Assembly: GCA_015163855.1 (NCBI GenBank)
Contig: JAAOIK010000007.1
Coordinates: 28,824-92,823 of the forward strand
Length of the DNA stretch: 64,000 bases
Direction: 5' to 3'
Source: Pseudobdellovibrionaceae bacterium
GTDB taxonomy: Bacteria; Bdellovibrionota; Bdellovibrionia; Bdellovibrionales; UBA1609
Positions 8,552 through 19,397 of this stretch are shown here, in pieces. Below the pieces are notes generated by a model that saw only the letters and a list, made by a program, of their open reading frames with translations, was not told the DNA's origin and did not search any database. The stretch's first letter is position 1; each line of letters starts with the position of its first letter. A program made the position numbers and the translations under genes.

Positions 8552-10087
8552 CTAAATAACTGGTCCACCTTTTTTAACCACTTCATCAGAAATAACCGCT
8601 GCGCCTAAGTTTTGGATATTTTCCATAAACTTTACAGCCAATTCTTTAACGACTTTTCCTTCTGGAATTTGCAAATAATCTGCATCTAGCCCTGGGCATT
8701 GTGTGGGAACATCAAAACCAAAAATAGCATGTTGCTTCATGGGTACATTATTTAAAGAACCGTCTTGAATAGCTTTTAATAAAGTTCTACTAACGGAAAT
8801 AGGAAATCTTTTCCCTTTAGCATAACCACCCTGCCAACCCGTATTTACTAGCCACACAGGGACATCATATTTTTTACTTAATTTGGTTAAAAGCTCAGCA
8901 TAAACTTTTGCAGCCCTTGGCATAAATGGTGCCCCAAAACAAGAACTAAAAGTTGCCTCTGGTTCAGTAACCCCTATTTCTGTACCTGCAACCTTGGCAG
9001 TATAACCCGAGATAAAATGGTACTGTGCCTGCCATTGGTTAAGTCTTGCCACTGCAGGTAAGGCGCCAAAGGCATCTGCAGTTAAAAAAATAATACTTTT
9101 AGGATGGCTAGACTCTATATTCTGCCGAAATACTTTATCTAATGCTTCTAAACTATAAGAACCTCTAGTGTTTTCGGTGTACACATTGCTGAAAAAATCA
9201 ATAACTTTATCTTCATTATAATAAACATTCTCTAAAATAGAGCCTTCTTTATGAACGGCTTTGTAAATTTCTGGCTCTTTACTTTCTTCTAAATTAATTA
9301 ATTTAGCGTAACAGCCTCCTTCCATATTCGACAGCCCTTCGTGAGACCATACAATTTCATCATCACCAATTAAATATCTATCAGGGTCTGCTGACAAAGT
9401 GGTTTTTCCCGTTCCCGATAAACCAAATAAAATACAAGCTTCTTTGCCGTCTTGATTACAGTTAGCCGAGGCATGCATAGGAAATATTTTATCTTCTGGA
9501 AATTTATAATTACAAACAGAAAAGGCCGCTTTTTTAATTTCTCCAGCATAACCCGTTCCCACAATAGCCACTTGCCCTTTTGTAGGATCTAAAACCACAC
9601 CTCTTTCTTCAAAGGGAAAAGTAATGTCTTTGTTTAATTCTGCTCGAATATCTTTTACCGACACCTCTGGTGCGTGCCAAATTTGTATTTTAAAATCTTT
9701 ACTAATTTGTCCTCGTAAAGATTCCACTGCATGGCTACGAAACATATTATAAGCAAAAGCCACATGCCAAGGGGAGGTGGAGTACACCTCCACAGGAAAA
9801 CAACCTACAAAGGCTTTTAGTGAATAATTTTTTTTTGATAATACATATTTTTTTACAGAATCAATAAAATTTGTTCCCGTTTTAGTATCTAAAGCTTTGT
9901 TAACTGTTCCCCAAAAAAAATTATCTTTAGTATCCGAATGTTCCACTAAAAACCGCTCTTTAGTAGACCTGCCTGTGCACTTTCCCGTTTTTACCAAAAA
10001 AGATCCTTGAGGCCCTTCTTCGCCTAAAGAATTCAAGATACTTTGCTTAATTAATTCTTTTTGCATTTTTAATGTGGCGCTATCCAT
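8552..10087 (-). CDS. pckA: Phosphoenolpyruvate carboxykinase (ATP)
   Basis: Full-length match by eye to ATP-dependent PEPCK: kinase-1a GLSGTGKTTLS, IGDDE, and NTGW near the C-terminus. Confidence 0.93.
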   Translation of the reverse strand: MDSATLKMQKELIKQSILNSLGEEGPQGSFLVKTGKCTGRSTKERFLVEHSDTKDNFFWGTVNKALDTKTGTNFIDSVKKYVLSKKNYSLKAFVGCFPVEVYSTSPWHVAFAYNMFRSHAVESLRGQISKDFKIQIWHAPEVSVKDIRAELNKDITFPFEERGVVLDPTKGQVAIVGTGYAGEIKKAAFSVCNYKFPEDKIFPMHASANCNQDGKEACILFGLSGTGKTTLSADPDRYLIGDDEIVWSHEGLSNMEGGCYAKLINLEESKEPEIYKAVHKEGSILENVYYNEDKVIDFFSNVYTENTRGSYSLEALDKVFRQNIESSHPKSIIFLTADAFGALPAVARLNQWQAQYHFISGYTAKVAGTEIGVTEPEATFSSCFGAPFMPRAAKVYAELLTKLSKKYDVPVWLVNTGWQGGYAKGKRFPISVSRTLLKAIQDGSLNNVPMKQHAIFGFDVPTQCPGLDADYLQIPEGKVVKELAVKFMENIQNLGAAVISDEVVKKGGPVI

Positions 10088-10185
10088 AGTCTCTCCAAAT
10101 TAATATTTTTTACTTATAACTTGTACAGCTTATACTCCAAAAATTATACCTGTCCAGAGGTTTAAATGCATGTTATTTTCATAAA

Positions 10186-10980
10186 ATGATTGAAGAAAAT
10201 ACATTTTTAAACTTCTCAGTTTTCACTATCCCCGTATTAAAAGATAATTATGTTTTTGTAATAAAAGCACATAAAACTACAGAAAATCTTACAGATACTT
10301 GGGTAATAGACCCCGCCCTAGCTAAACCCGTTATTGAGTTTCTACAAACTAAGAAGTGGTCATTAAATGCTATTGTTAATACTCATCATCATGAGGATCA
10401 TACGGGAGGTAACTTAGAGCTAAAAACCCATTATAATGCCTCCATACTAGCCCCTCAAAATGACCCCATTGTAGCCGATCAAAAATTATCACAAAATAGT
10501 AATCTGCATTTTGCAAAAGAACCCGTGCAGATTATAGAAGTTCCTGGACACACCTTAGGACATATTGTGTATTATTTTGCAGAATCGAAAGTGGCCTTTG
10601 TGGGAGATTGTTTATTCTCTTTAGGTTGTGGAAGACTATTTGAAGGTAGCCCAAAACAAATGTTAAGTGCCTTAAATAAAATTGCACAACTTCCTGATGA
10701 TACAAGCATTTTTTGTGCTCATGAATACAGTTTAGCCAATGCTAAATTTGCGCTGCAGGCTGACCCCGAAAACTTGGCCTTACAAAAAAAAATCACGCAA
10801 ATACAAAATTTACGCAAGCAAAATAAATTTACCATTCCCTTTAATCTTGGTTTAGAAAAACAATGTAACCCTTTTTTAAGAAGTGACTCTGTTGCTATTA
10901 AAAAATATTTACATTTACCAAACTCCTGCTCCACAGAGGAAAGCTTTGCAAAGCTGAGAAAATTAAAAGATACTTTTTAG
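10186..10980 (+). CDS. gloB: Hydroxyacylglutathione hydrolase (glyoxalase II), metallo-beta-lactamase fold
   Basis: THHHEDHTGG metal motif, GHTLGH, CAHEYSLANAKFA and NPFLR, all typical of GloB. Confidence 0.88.
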   Translation: MIEENTFLNFSVFTIPVLKDNYVFVIKAHKTTENLTDTWVIDPALAKPVIEFLQTKKWSLNAIVNTHHHEDHTGGNLELKTHYNASILAPQNDPIVADQKLSQNSNLHFAKEPVQIIEVPGHTLGHIVYYFAESKVAFVGDCLFSLGCGRLFEGSPKQMLSALNKIAQLPDDTSIFCAHEYSLANAKFALQADPENLALQKKITQIQNLRKQNKFTIPFNLGLEKQCNPFLRSDSVAIKKYLHLPNSCSTEESFAKLRKLKDTF

Positions 10981-11004
10981 TAGTAAGTGCATGGTTTTAA
11001 CCAT

Positions 11005-12105
11005 CTAATTATTTAAAAAATCTAAGTTGAAAGCTTCATTAATGTCAAAAAAACTTGGCAAATCTAAAGATCCTGTATTTGATGAGGCCCCACCATTACG
11101 CTCAATGGAACCATTGGCCCCATCCTCAATAATGTATCTTCCGTTTCCAGATACCGCAGAATTAATACAAGTTTCCTCTCTTAAAGGACATTGATCATAT
11201 TTTAGATTAACTGTTTTACGACCACTGCTTTCACCGACTACACTTCCAGAAATAGTAATCACTTTTAAATTATCAGACTGAGCTCCAGTCTTTATATTAG
11301 TAACCCATTGAGGCCTAATTAAGCGAGCAGTTAACTCTGCACGATTTTCTCTTAATTTACCAACAACAGTTACTGTGTATCTTTTTTCCCCTTGAGGATT
11401 GCTTCCTGTTTTATAGCTAGTAATATCAATAGAGTCGGCATTAATAATTGCGTTAATGGCTTCTTTATGAGTGGATCCATCACTATTGATTTGTATAAAA
11501 ACCGTTCTAACAATCATTCTATTGGTTTCTTGTTTCCAGCCAACAAAAGTCTTGATATCTTCATTAGCACTCGCGTGAATCCATGATTTCTTTTCCTCTG
11601 TATCATCCTTTAATTTTAAAGGCAGACTACTATAAACTTTATATTTTATTTCTAGTGCTTTTACCCATAAATTTTGCCAAAGGCCATAAAAAACAAGCCC
11701 TGCACTTGCGCGCTTTTCTTCACTTATCCCCAACTGTAATAAAGTATTATAATTAATGCCGTTATGATTTTTAGACTGAAAAGTTTGCAGAGCTGCATAG
11801 TGTTCTTTTCTAAACTGAGTGGCTACAGAACTGGAAAAATTACCTTGATTAGGTTTAGTAATGCCTCGAAAAAAGTTAGAAACTAAAGGAGTAACTGCCG
11901 CATAGACAGGTTCAATGAGTAAGTTTTTCCAAGAAAAGGTTTTTTCTATTTTTTGAGGATGATAGCCAATATCTCGATTATTTTTTAAATTGTTAGGGTT
12001 CCCTAAAGATAAACTAACTGCAGAAAGCACAATACCACTTCCCCTGCCAGAAGAACCACAAGAGCTTAAAAATATACAAAGTGCCATTAACCCTAATATT
12101 TTCAC
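11005..12105 (-). CDS. Lipoprotein of unknown function
   Basis: Signal peptide with lipobox (MKILGLMALCIFLSSCG). 366-aa ORF with no family I recognise. Confidence 0.7.
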   Translation of the reverse strand: MKILGLMALCIFLSSCGSSGRGSGIVLSAVSLSLGNPNNLKNNRDIGYHPQKIEKTFSWKNLLIEPVYAAVTPLVSNFFRGITKPNQGNFSSSVATQFRKEHYAALQTFQSKNHNGINYNTLLQLGISEEKRASAGLVFYGLWQNLWVKALEIKYKVYSSLPLKLKDDTEEKKSWIHASANEDIKTFVGWKQETNRMIVRTVFIQINSDGSTHKEAINAIINADSIDITSYKTGSNPQGEKRYTVTVVGKLRENRAELTARLIRPQWVTNIKTGAQSDNLKVITISGSVVGESSGRKTVNLKYDQCPLREETCINSAVSGNGRYIIEDGANGSIERNGGASSNTGSLDLPSFFDINEAFNLDFLNN

Positions 12106-12191
12106 TTCCCTCTCCTTTTTTATACAAAAGTATTTACTGCAAAACTATTATAAACTATTCGTCATACAGCGAAAATTTCTTAAATCCCTGT

Positions 12192-12227
12192 TATTTCTTG
12201 TAAATCTTAAAAAATCCACAAGAAATA
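12192..12227. promoter_or_regulatory. 10-bp inverted repeat in a divergent promoter region (candidate operator)
   Basis: TATTTCTTGT (12192-12201) and ACAAGAAATA (12218-12227) are perfect reverse complements separated by 16 nt. The site lies between the divergent starts of the lipoprotein gene (12105, -) and rpmG (12305, +). Confidence 0.3.
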
Positions 12228-12304
12228 GATAAAAAGAGCCTTGTCATTACTACTCTTTTATACTAAAAAATAAGATAGATATTGGTACTTTAACAGGAGT
12301 GGCT

Positions 12305-12487
12305 ATGGCTAAGAAGAAGGGTAAAGTTAGAATTATTACATTAGAATGTACAGAAGCTCGTAAATTAGGAGAAACTCCCTCGCGATATACCTCTACTAAA
12401 AATGTACAAAATCATCCAGAAAGAATAGAACTTAAAAAATACAATCCTTTTATGAAAAAACATACCCTTCATAAAGAGATAAAATAA
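12305..12487 (+). CDS. rpmG: 50S ribosomal protein L33
   Basis: [18 protein letters not shown]...RYTSTKN...[22 protein letters not shown] matches the L33 pattern. I prefer the ATG at 12305 (AGGAG 5 nt upstream) to the GTG at 12299. Confidence 0.92.
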   Translation: MAKKKGKVRIITLECTEARKLGETPSRYTSTKNVQNHPERIELKKYNPFMKKHTLHKEIK

Positions 12488-13377
12488 AAGTTCTACTAAG
12501 CCTCTCTTACGATGGTAGCCTTTTTAAAGGTTGGCAAAAGCAATTGCAAGAAGCTTCTGTGCAAGAAACTTTAGAAAAGCTTTTATCTAATTTATTTAAA
12601 GAAAGCATTTCCCTACAAAGCTCTGGACGAACCGATGCAGGGGTGCATGCCTTTAACCAAATTGCCCATTTTTCATTACCAAAAATGATTTCTCTTTCTT
12701 GTGATTTTCCAGATTTATCGAAATTTCAAAAAGTAGAAAATACCAATGCTTTTAAAATTTTGTTAAACTTACTAAAAGTTGCCAAAAAAAAATGCCCTAA
12801 AAATATTCAAATTAAAAAGGCTTTTTTAGTCGATGATGATTTTCATGCACTACGGTCTGCTGTGGATAAAACTTATACTTATTTTATTAGTTCTGAAACC
12901 ACCCCCTTTAACTCGTCGCAAATTTATAATATTGGCGTAGAAAGTTTTACCTATTTAAAAAAAAATATACATATCCTTCAACAATTAGCCGCGACTTTAA
13001 TAGGCGAAAAGGATTTTAAAAGCTTTCAAAACACAGGCACACCCGTAAAAAACACGGTTCGAAACATTTTTGAAAGCTCGTGGCAAATACAGAAAACAAC
13101 ACCCCCTCAAATAGCACCCATTTCTCTTTTAGGAGCTCCTGCTGAGTATCTGGAATTTAATATCACTGGAAATGGATTTTTAAAACAAATGGTACGCAAT
13201 ATTGTAGGCTGCCAACTCTACTTGATACAGAAAAAATCAGAGCCCCTAAAGCACTTGCAAAGCATTATTGAACAAGCAAGTACGCAAAAAATCTTTGCCC
13301 CTGCCCCTCCTCAAGGCCTATATTTACGCAAAATTAACTACCCTGCATCCCTTGACAAATTCCCCTTAAAAATTTAG
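12484..13377 (+). CDS. truA: tRNA pseudouridine(38-40) synthase TruA, with the start extended upstream to a non-canonical ATA codon
   Basis: Catalytic GRTDAGVHA. The conserved N-terminal strand [19 protein letters not shown] is encoded upstream of the first canonical start (TTG 12544). The in-frame stop at 12472-12474 leaves no ATG, GTG or TTG, only ATA at 12484, which overlaps the rpmG stop (ATAA). The 3' end is certain; the start is inferred. Confidence 0.85.
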   Translation: MKVLLSLSYDGSLFKGWQKQLQEASVQETLEKLLSNLFKESISLQSSGRTDAGVHAFNQIAHFSLPKMISLSCDFPDLSKFQKVENTNAFKILLNLLKVAKKKCPKNIQIKKAFLVDDDFHALRSAVDKTYTYFISSETTPFNSSQIYNIGVESFTYLKKNIHILQQLAATLIGEKDFKSFQNTGTPVKNTVRNIFESSWQIQKTTPPQIAPISLLGAPAEYLEFNITGNGFLKQMVRNIVGCQLYLIQKKSEPLKHLQSIIEQASTQKIFAPAPPQGLYLRKINYPASLDKFPLKI

Positions 13378-13380
13378 TAT
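13352..13380 (+). promoter_or_regulatory. Sigma-70-type promoter for rplM-rpsI
   Basis: TTGACA (13352-13357), 17-nt spacer, TAGTAT (13375-13380). It lies in the last codons of truA, about 50 nt upstream of the rplM ATG. Confidence 0.5.
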
Positions 13381-13429
13381 TCTTGCGATTAGTAAGACTC
13401 ATATTTAGATACAGAGCCAAGGAAGAGAA

Positions 13430-13861
13430 ATGCACAAAACATGGATGGCCAAAAAAGAAACTACGCAAAGGGAGTGGCGACTAATAGACGCTACCGATCA
13501 AACACTGGGCCGTTTAGCTACCACAGTGGCTAATATTTTGCGTGGAAAAAACAAAGCAGAATATACACCTCATGTAGATGTGGGTGATTTTGTGGTAATT
13601 ATTAATAGTGATAAAATTAGAATGTCTGGTAGAAAATTAGAGCAGAAAAAATACTATCACCACACTGGTTTTTTTGGCGGAATTAAAGAAAAAACAATGA
13701 AAAATATTATGGAAGAAGATTCTACAAAAATTATTATTTCTGCAGTTAAAGGAATGCTTCCTAATAATCGCCTTAATAGTTTAGTGTTAAAAAAATTAAA
13801 TGTTTATAAAGATGACAAACATCCGCATGAGGCACAAAAAGTAACGATTGTTACTTTATAA
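13430..13861 (+). CDS. rplM: 50S ribosomal protein L13
   Basis: REWRLIDATDQTLGRLATTVANILRGKNKAEYTPHVDVGDFVVIIN is the canonical L13 N-terminus. AAGGAAGAG Shine-Dalgarno upstream. Confidence 0.96.
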   Translation: MHKTWMAKKETTQREWRLIDATDQTLGRLATTVANILRGKNKAEYTPHVDVGDFVVIINSDKIRMSGRKLEQKKYYHHTGFFGGIKEKTMKNIMEEDSTKIIISAVKGMLPNNRLNSLVLKKLNVYKDDKHPHEAQKVTIVTL

Positions 13862-13876
13862 TAGGAGAAATTAATA

Positions 13877-14278
13877 ATGGCAAAATCCACAACACCTGTT
13901 TATTATGCTGGCGGAAGTCGTAAAACTAGTCATGCTCGTATTTTTTTAAAAGCGGGAACAGGAAAAATTACTGTTAACAAAAAATCTCCAGAAGATTACT
14001 TTAAATCTAAAATTTATTTTAATGCTTTATTTTCTCCTTTTCAGGTTACTAAAACAGAAAGCCAGTGGGATGCTTATATCACGGTAAAAGGTGGCGGAAG
14101 TACTGGTCAATTAGAAGCCATTCGTCACGGAATTTCTAGAGCTTTAGTAATTGCAGAAGAGTCTTACAAAGCCAGTTTAAAATCGGCAGGGTTTTTAACT
14201 CGTGACTCCAGAATGGTTGAGCGTAAAAAATACGGACTACATAAAGCCCGTAAGAGCACTCAGTTCTCTAAACGCTAA
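13877..14278 (+). CDS. rpsI: 30S ribosomal protein S9
   Basis: GGGSTGQLEAIRHGISRAL and the C-terminal RKKYGLHKARKSTQFSKR are canonical S9 sequences. It follows rplM as in most bacteria. Confidence 0.96.
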   Translation: MAKSTTPVYYAGGSRKTSHARIFLKAGTGKITVNKKSPEDYFKSKIYFNALFSPFQVTKTESQWDAYITVKGGGSTGQLEAIRHGISRALVIAEESYKASLKSAGFLTRDSRMVERKKYGLHKARKSTQFSKR

Positions 14279-14332
14279 TTCTTATTACTTTATAGTTATT
14301 ACTTTTTTTGACTAAAATTCAAAGTTAAAAAG

Positions 14333-16141
14333 TTATTTTTTAAATCGCTTTCTTTCGTTTTCTGTTAACAGTTTTTTACGAATGCGAATGGAGGTGGGTG
14401 TTACCTCTACTAATTCATCATCATTAACAAATTCTACAGCTTGTTCTAAACTAAATTTTATAGGTGGAGTTAAAATAGTATTTTCATCTGTTCCTGCAGA
14501 GCGCATATTTGTTAACTGTTTTCCTTTCATGGGGTTAACCACTAAATCATTATCACGAGCATGAATACCAATGATCATACCTTCGTAAACTTGCGTAGCA
14601 TGATCAATTAATAACTTACCTCGGTTTTGTAAATTAAATAACATATAGGCTAAGGCTTTTCCTTGGCCCATAGAAATTAATACACCATTTAATCTTTGTC
14701 CCACATTATTTTTTTTCATTTCACCATAATGAGAAAACAGGCTGTATATTAAACCAGAGCCTTGAGTTAAAGTTAAAAAGTCTGTACGAAATCCAATTAA
14801 CCCTCGCGCAGGCATTAAATATTCTAGTCGAATACGCCCTTTTCCATCGGGAGACATATTTTTTAATTCCCCTCCCCGTTCTCCTAATTTTTCAATAACA
14901 GAACCTTGGTGTTGCTCTTCAATATCTACGGTGACATCTTCATAGGGCTCTAAGGTTTTATCTCCCTCTTTTTTTAAAATAACCTCGGGGCGAGAAACAC
15001 CTAGCTCAAAACCTTCTCTTCTCATGGTTTCAATTAAAATACCCAAATGAAGCTCACCACGACCAGACACTCTAAATTTATTAGGGTCTTCAGTAGTTTC
15101 TACTCTTAATGCCACATTATGAATTAACTCTTTATCAAGCCTTTCACTAATTTGACGGCTAGTTAAAAGCTTTCCCTCTTGCCCAGCAAAAGGAGATGTA
15201 TTGACCTGAAAGGTCATGCTTACTGTGGGTTCATCCACAGATAAAGCCGGTAAAGCCTCTACCTGATTAGGGTCACATAAAGTATCTGATATACTTAAGG
15301 TTTCAACACCACTAAAGGTAATAATATCTCCAGCAGTAGCCTCTGTGGCTTCTATTTTTTCTAAACCCATAAAGCCCATAATTTTTAAAATACGACCACT
15401 TCTTGTTTTTCCTTCTTTATCTATAATTGTAACAGGTGTATTTATTTTAATTTTTCCTCTAGCAACCCTGCCAATACCAATAACACCAACATAGCTACTA
15501 TAATCTAAGGCACTTACTTGTAACTGAAAGGGGCCATTGACATCTACCTTTGGTGCAGAAACATTTTCAACAATAGCTTTAAACAATGGTTGCATGTCAC
15601 CACTAGAAACTCCCTCCTCTAAACTAGAAAAACCATTTAAAGCAGAAGCATATACTATGGGAAAGTCTAATTGTTCATCTGTGGCTTCTAGATTAGAAAA
15701 TAAATCAAAGGTTTGATCTACCACCCAAGCCGGTCGCGCACTAGGCCTGTCTACTTTATTAATAACCACAATAGGTTTTAAACCTAAGGCTAAGGCTTTT
15801 TTAGTAACAAAGCGTGTTTGGGGCATTGGGCCATCAACAGCATCTACTAAAAGTAAAACCGAGTCTACCATGGACAAAACCCTTTCCACTTCGCCTCCAA
15901 AATCGGCATGGCCCGGAGTATCTACAATATTAATATGGTAATCTTTCCATTTAATAGCTGTGTTTTTTGCTAAAATAGTAATGCCTCTTTCTTTTTCTAA
16001 GTCATTAGAGTCCATAAGCCGTTCATTAGAAGGGCCTCGGTCGCCCAAAGTTCCTGACTGTTGTAAAAGTTTATCTACTAAAGTGGTTTTTCCATGGTCC
16101 ACATGGGCAATAATGGCTATGTTTCTTAATTTTTCTATCAT
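14333..16141 (-). CDS. typA: Translational GTPase TypA/BipA
   Basis: [36 protein letters not shown], and a length of 602 aa typical of BipA. Confidence 0.94.
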   Translation of the reverse strand: MIEKLRNIAIIAHVDHGKTTLVDKLLQQSGTLGDRGPSNERLMDSNDLEKERGITILAKNTAIKWKDYHINIVDTPGHADFGGEVERVLSMVDSVLLLVDAVDGPMPQTRFVTKKALALGLKPIVVINKVDRPSARPAWVVDQTFDLFSNLEATDEQLDFPIVYASALNGFSSLEEGVSSGDMQPLFKAIVENVSAPKVDVNGPFQLQVSALDYSSYVGVIGIGRVARGKIKINTPVTIIDKEGKTRSGRILKIMGFMGLEKIEATEATAGDIITFSGVETLSISDTLCDPNQVEALPALSVDEPTVSMTFQVNTSPFAGQEGKLLTSRQISERLDKELIHNVALRVETTEDPNKFRVSGRGELHLGILIETMRREGFELGVSRPEVILKKEGDKTLEPYEDVTVDIEEQHQGSVIEKLGERGGELKNMSPDGKGRIRLEYLMPARGLIGFRTDFLTLTQGSGLIYSLFSHYGEMKKNNVGQRLNGVLISMGQGKALAYMLFNLQNRGKLLIDHATQVYEGMIIGIHARDNDLVVNPMKGKQLTNMRSAGTDENTILTPPIKFSLEQAVEFVNDDELVEVTPTSIRIRKKLLTENERKRFKK

Positions 16142-17736
16142 GAGGAGGTTTCCTTATTGGTTTTATTCTCTAAAACTTTTTTTATTACTTTTTCTGCTCT
16201 TTGTATTAAATTTTTGACAGAGATTAAAGGCACTAATTCTTTTAACTCTGCTCCATGAGGTTTGCCAATAACTGCTACTCGAATAGGCATAAATAAATGT
16301 TTACCTTTAACTTGGCAAGTTTCTTTTATTTGATTTTGTATACTAATAAATTCTTCTGTTGTTAAGCAAAAATGTTTTTGCTCTTCTGTCTCTTCTGTGG
16401 GGAGGTTACTGTCCTGTAACTGCTGCTTTAACTGTGCTACCCAAGCTTTTAATACGGTTTTAGTTTCTGGAAAGTTTAATACCTCTTGGCTCTCTTTTAA
16501 AATCTCTAGAGGGAAAAAAATTAATTTTAAAAGTTCCATTGCCTCTTTTAAAGTTTTAGCTGATGAACAAAAGCCTGTAATTTTTTCTCCTAAAGAGTCA
16601 GTAAAATACTCCTGCACACTGTTATCCTTTAGCAAGTTAGTAAAAAGTGCGTAGTCCAATAATCGCTCGCGTAGATTATCTAAACTCATGGCTTTCATAT
16701 ACTCCCCATTCATCCAAAGTAATTTTTTAGTGTCAAAAACGGCGGGTGCTGAGTTTAGGCGCTTTAAATCAAAAACTTTAGCAGCGTCTTTTAAAGTAAA
16801 AATTTCTTTAGCTTCAGGGTGAGACCAGCCTAGTAAACATAAAAAGTTTACCAAAGCTTCGGGTAAATAACCTTCTTTTAAATAGTCTTCCACCGAAGTG
16901 GCACCGTGCCTTTTGCTTAACTTTTTTTTATCTTCTCCTAAAATTAAAGACATGTGAGCAAACCGAGGAATAGTAAATTTTAAGGCTTCATAAATCATTA
17001 ACTGCCTTAAGGTGTTACTTAAATGCTCTTCGGCCCTAAGCACATGAGTAATCTTCATTAAAGCATCATCGACTACACAACAAAAATTATATACAGGCAT
17101 ACCATTGGAGCGTTGAATAACAAAATCTCCCACCATTTCAGAAGGAAGTGTAACTTTGCCTCGAACCAAATCTTCAATTATGTACTCGGGTTTTACTGAA
17201 CTAGTATTAAATCGAACGCTTGGTTTTTGTCCTTGCTGTATTTTTTCTTGTGATTGTGCAATTTTTATTTTTGCGTCTTCTAAATTTTTAGGCCTGTAAG
17301 GACTAATAATTTGCTGAGTACTTTTATTTTTTTTTGCTAAATCTTTTTGTATATCAATTTCTTCATCCGTTAAAAAACAATAGTATGCCAAACCCTTAGC
17401 TAATAAAATATTTACATATTCTTGATAAATATCTAGTCGATCACTTTGCCTGTAAGGGCCTAGATCTCCTTTTTCACTAAGCTTGTTATCATTAAAAAAT
17501 ACCCCTTCGTTAGAAATTATTCCAAGGTTTTTTAAATCCTGTAATTGAGATTTTAAAAAAACCTCACTGCTTCGTTCTTTATCGGTATCTTCTACTCGCA
17601 ATAAAAATTGAGCGTCTATACCCTTTTCCTTTTGAGATTTTGCAAATAAATAATTAAATAAAGCTGTTCTTGCCCCTCCCACATGTAAATGTCCTGTAGG
17701 ACTGGGTGCAAATCTTACCCGCACAGTATTACTCAT
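16138..17736 (-). CDS. gltX: Glutamate--tRNA ligase
   Basis: RFAPSPTGHLHVGGARTALFNY (HIGH motif) and KLSKRHG (KMSKS motif). Its stop overlaps the typA start by 4 nt. At 532 aa it is somewhat long because of a K/Q-rich insertion. Confidence 0.93.
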   Translation of the reverse strand: MSNTVRVRFAPSPTGHLHVGGARTALFNYLFAKSQKEKGIDAQFLLRVEDTDKERSSEVFLKSQLQDLKNLGIISNEGVFFNDNKLSEKGDLGPYRQSDRLDIYQEYVNILLAKGLAYYCFLTDEEIDIQKDLAKKNKSTQQIISPYRPKNLEDAKIKIAQSQEKIQQGQKPSVRFNTSSVKPEYIIEDLVRGKVTLPSEMVGDFVIQRSNGMPVYNFCCVVDDALMKITHVLRAEEHLSNTLRQLMIYEALKFTIPRFAHMSLILGEDKKKLSKRHGATSVEDYLKEGYLPEALVNFLCLLGWSHPEAKEIFTLKDAAKVFDLKRLNSAPAVFDTKKLLWMNGEYMKAMSLDNLRERLLDYALFTNLLKDNSVQEYFTDSLGEKITGFCSSAKTLKEAMELLKLIFFPLEILKESQEVLNFPETKTVLKAWVAQLKQQLQDSNLPTEETEEQKHFCLTTEEFISIQNQIKETCQVKGKHLFMPIRVAVIGKPHGAELKELVPLISVKNLIQRAEKVIKKVLENKTNKETSS

Positions 17737-17737
17737 T

Positions 17738-19393
17738 TTAAGACTCGATTTCGTGTTTAATATAATATAATGGATTAATCATCAACTCTGCAATATGACG
17801 ATATTCTGACAAAATATCAAGATAAATATTGGTTAAATTAATGTTCAACTTTTCGCCCTCTTCTTTGCGACAATTATTAATATGCTCCACTCTAAAAGTG
17901 TATTCTGCCTGGCGAATAGCCTCTTTTCGCTTCTTTAACTCTTTTAAAATACTAAGCTCTTTAGAGTCAAAGTAGGTCATAGATAACACTACAATATCGG
18001 CTACCGCATTTTGTAATTTTACTAAATTTTTTTGATCTAGCTCTGAAAATTGAATATGTAATTTTTGCTTTTTAACCGCTAGTTTTACTAAATTTTTATC
18101 CACAGAATCAGCGGCACTTTCCACATCTGATGAAAAGGAAATAGCCTGTAGAATATTAATTTTTTCTATATCTGCTTCTCCTGCCTCTTCACTGTCTTTA
18201 CTAGATCTTTCTATTAAAGCCAATAAAAAGCGATTAATTTCTGCACACAACAGGTCGACATTGTTATCCCCTTCTTTAATTTTAAAAAATGCTTTTTTCT
18301 CCCCTGTATCAAATAAAAATAATGAACGACTCAACATACTTCCCATAATATCACCCATACGCAAAATTTCTCTTTTTGCCTGGGTAAAGGCTACGGCAGT
18401 ACTTAAATTTTTAATATCTTTAAAAGAAAAATATTTTACTCCAAATTTTCCTATACTTTTGGGTTTAGGAATTAAATATTCAATAATCGCTACAGCATAG
18501 TTTATAAATGGGTAAAAAATAATTACACTAATAGTATTAAAAAGCGTATGAAAGTGAGCAACACCTCTAATATTAGAAAAACTATCAGCGATTAAAGGTA
18601 AAATAAATGGCGTTAAAAAAAAGAAAAGCCCCACGCTAATGGTTTTAAATAAAAAATGCGCCCAAGCTACTCTTTTACCAATATAATTACCCGATACAGC
18701 AGATAAAATAGCCGTAGCTGTAGTTCCGATATTGGCTCCATACACCCAGTAAATGCAATGCTCTAAAGAAAAATAACCTGCCGACATTAAACTAATGGCG
18801 ATCCCAATAGTTACCACACTGCTTTGTACTACGGCAGTAAAAGCTGCAGCAATAAGCAATGTAAGAATAGGACTATCTATAAAAAAATGTAAAAATTTAA
18901 TAAACAACTCTGCATCTTTTAAGTGAGTACTTCCCAAACTAATAAGCTCTAACCCAAAAAACATTAAACCAAAACCAAAACAGATACGAAAAAATCTTTT
19001 CATTTTTTTCGTTTTTATAAAAAAATAAGAAAATAAATAAAAAACAGAAAATAGTGCTAAACCAAAATTAGAAATTTTAAAACTTAAAATTTGTACAATA
19101 AAAGTACTACCAATAGCCGAACCTAAAATAATTCCCATGACTTGAAATAAAGTTAAAACACTAGAGGAGCCTAAACTCACCAACATAGAAACCACTGCCG
19201 CAGAGCTTTGAATACTAAAGGCTAATAGTATTCCAAAAAATACTCCATAAATAGGCTTGTTAGACATTTTAGATAATAGCCTTTGTATTAAATCTCCTGA
19301 TATTTTTTGCAAATTTTGACTAATGGTTTTTAAACCATATAAAAAAAAGGCTAAACCTGCTAAAGTATAAATAAAAGCCGTGTGTGCTAGCAT
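17738..19393 (-). CDS. Na+/phosphate cotransporter family protein with a C-terminal PhoU-like domain
   Basis: The polytopic N-terminal half has duplicated NptA-type motifs (GSAIGSTFIV, GANIGTTATAIL). The C-terminal half is soluble and helical. Confidence 0.75.
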   Translation of the reverse strand: MLAHTAFIYTLAGLAFFLYGLKTISQNLQKISGDLIQRLLSKMSNKPIYGVFFGILLAFSIQSSAAVVSMLVSLGSSSVLTLFQVMGIILGSAIGSTFIVQILSFKISNFGLALFSVFYLFSYFFIKTKKMKRFFRICFGFGLMFFGLELISLGSTHLKDAELFIKFLHFFIDSPILTLLIAAAFTAVVQSSVVTIGIAISLMSAGYFSLEHCIYWVYGANIGTTATAILSAVSGNYIGKRVAWAHFLFKTISVGLFFFLTPFILPLIADSFSNIRGVAHFHTLFNTISVIIFYPFINYAVAIIEYLIPKPKSIGKFGVKYFSFKDIKNLSTAVAFTQAKREILRMGDIMGSMLSRSLFLFDTGEKKAFFKIKEGDNNVDLLCAEINRFLLALIERSSKDSEEAGEADIEKINILQAISFSSDVESAADSVDKNLVKLAVKKQKLHIQFSELDQKNLVKLQNAVADIVVLSMTYFDSKELSILKELKKRKEAIRQAEYTFRVEHINNCRKEEGEKLNINLTNIYLDILSEYRHIAELMINPLYYIKHEIES

Positions 19394-19397
19394 AGCA

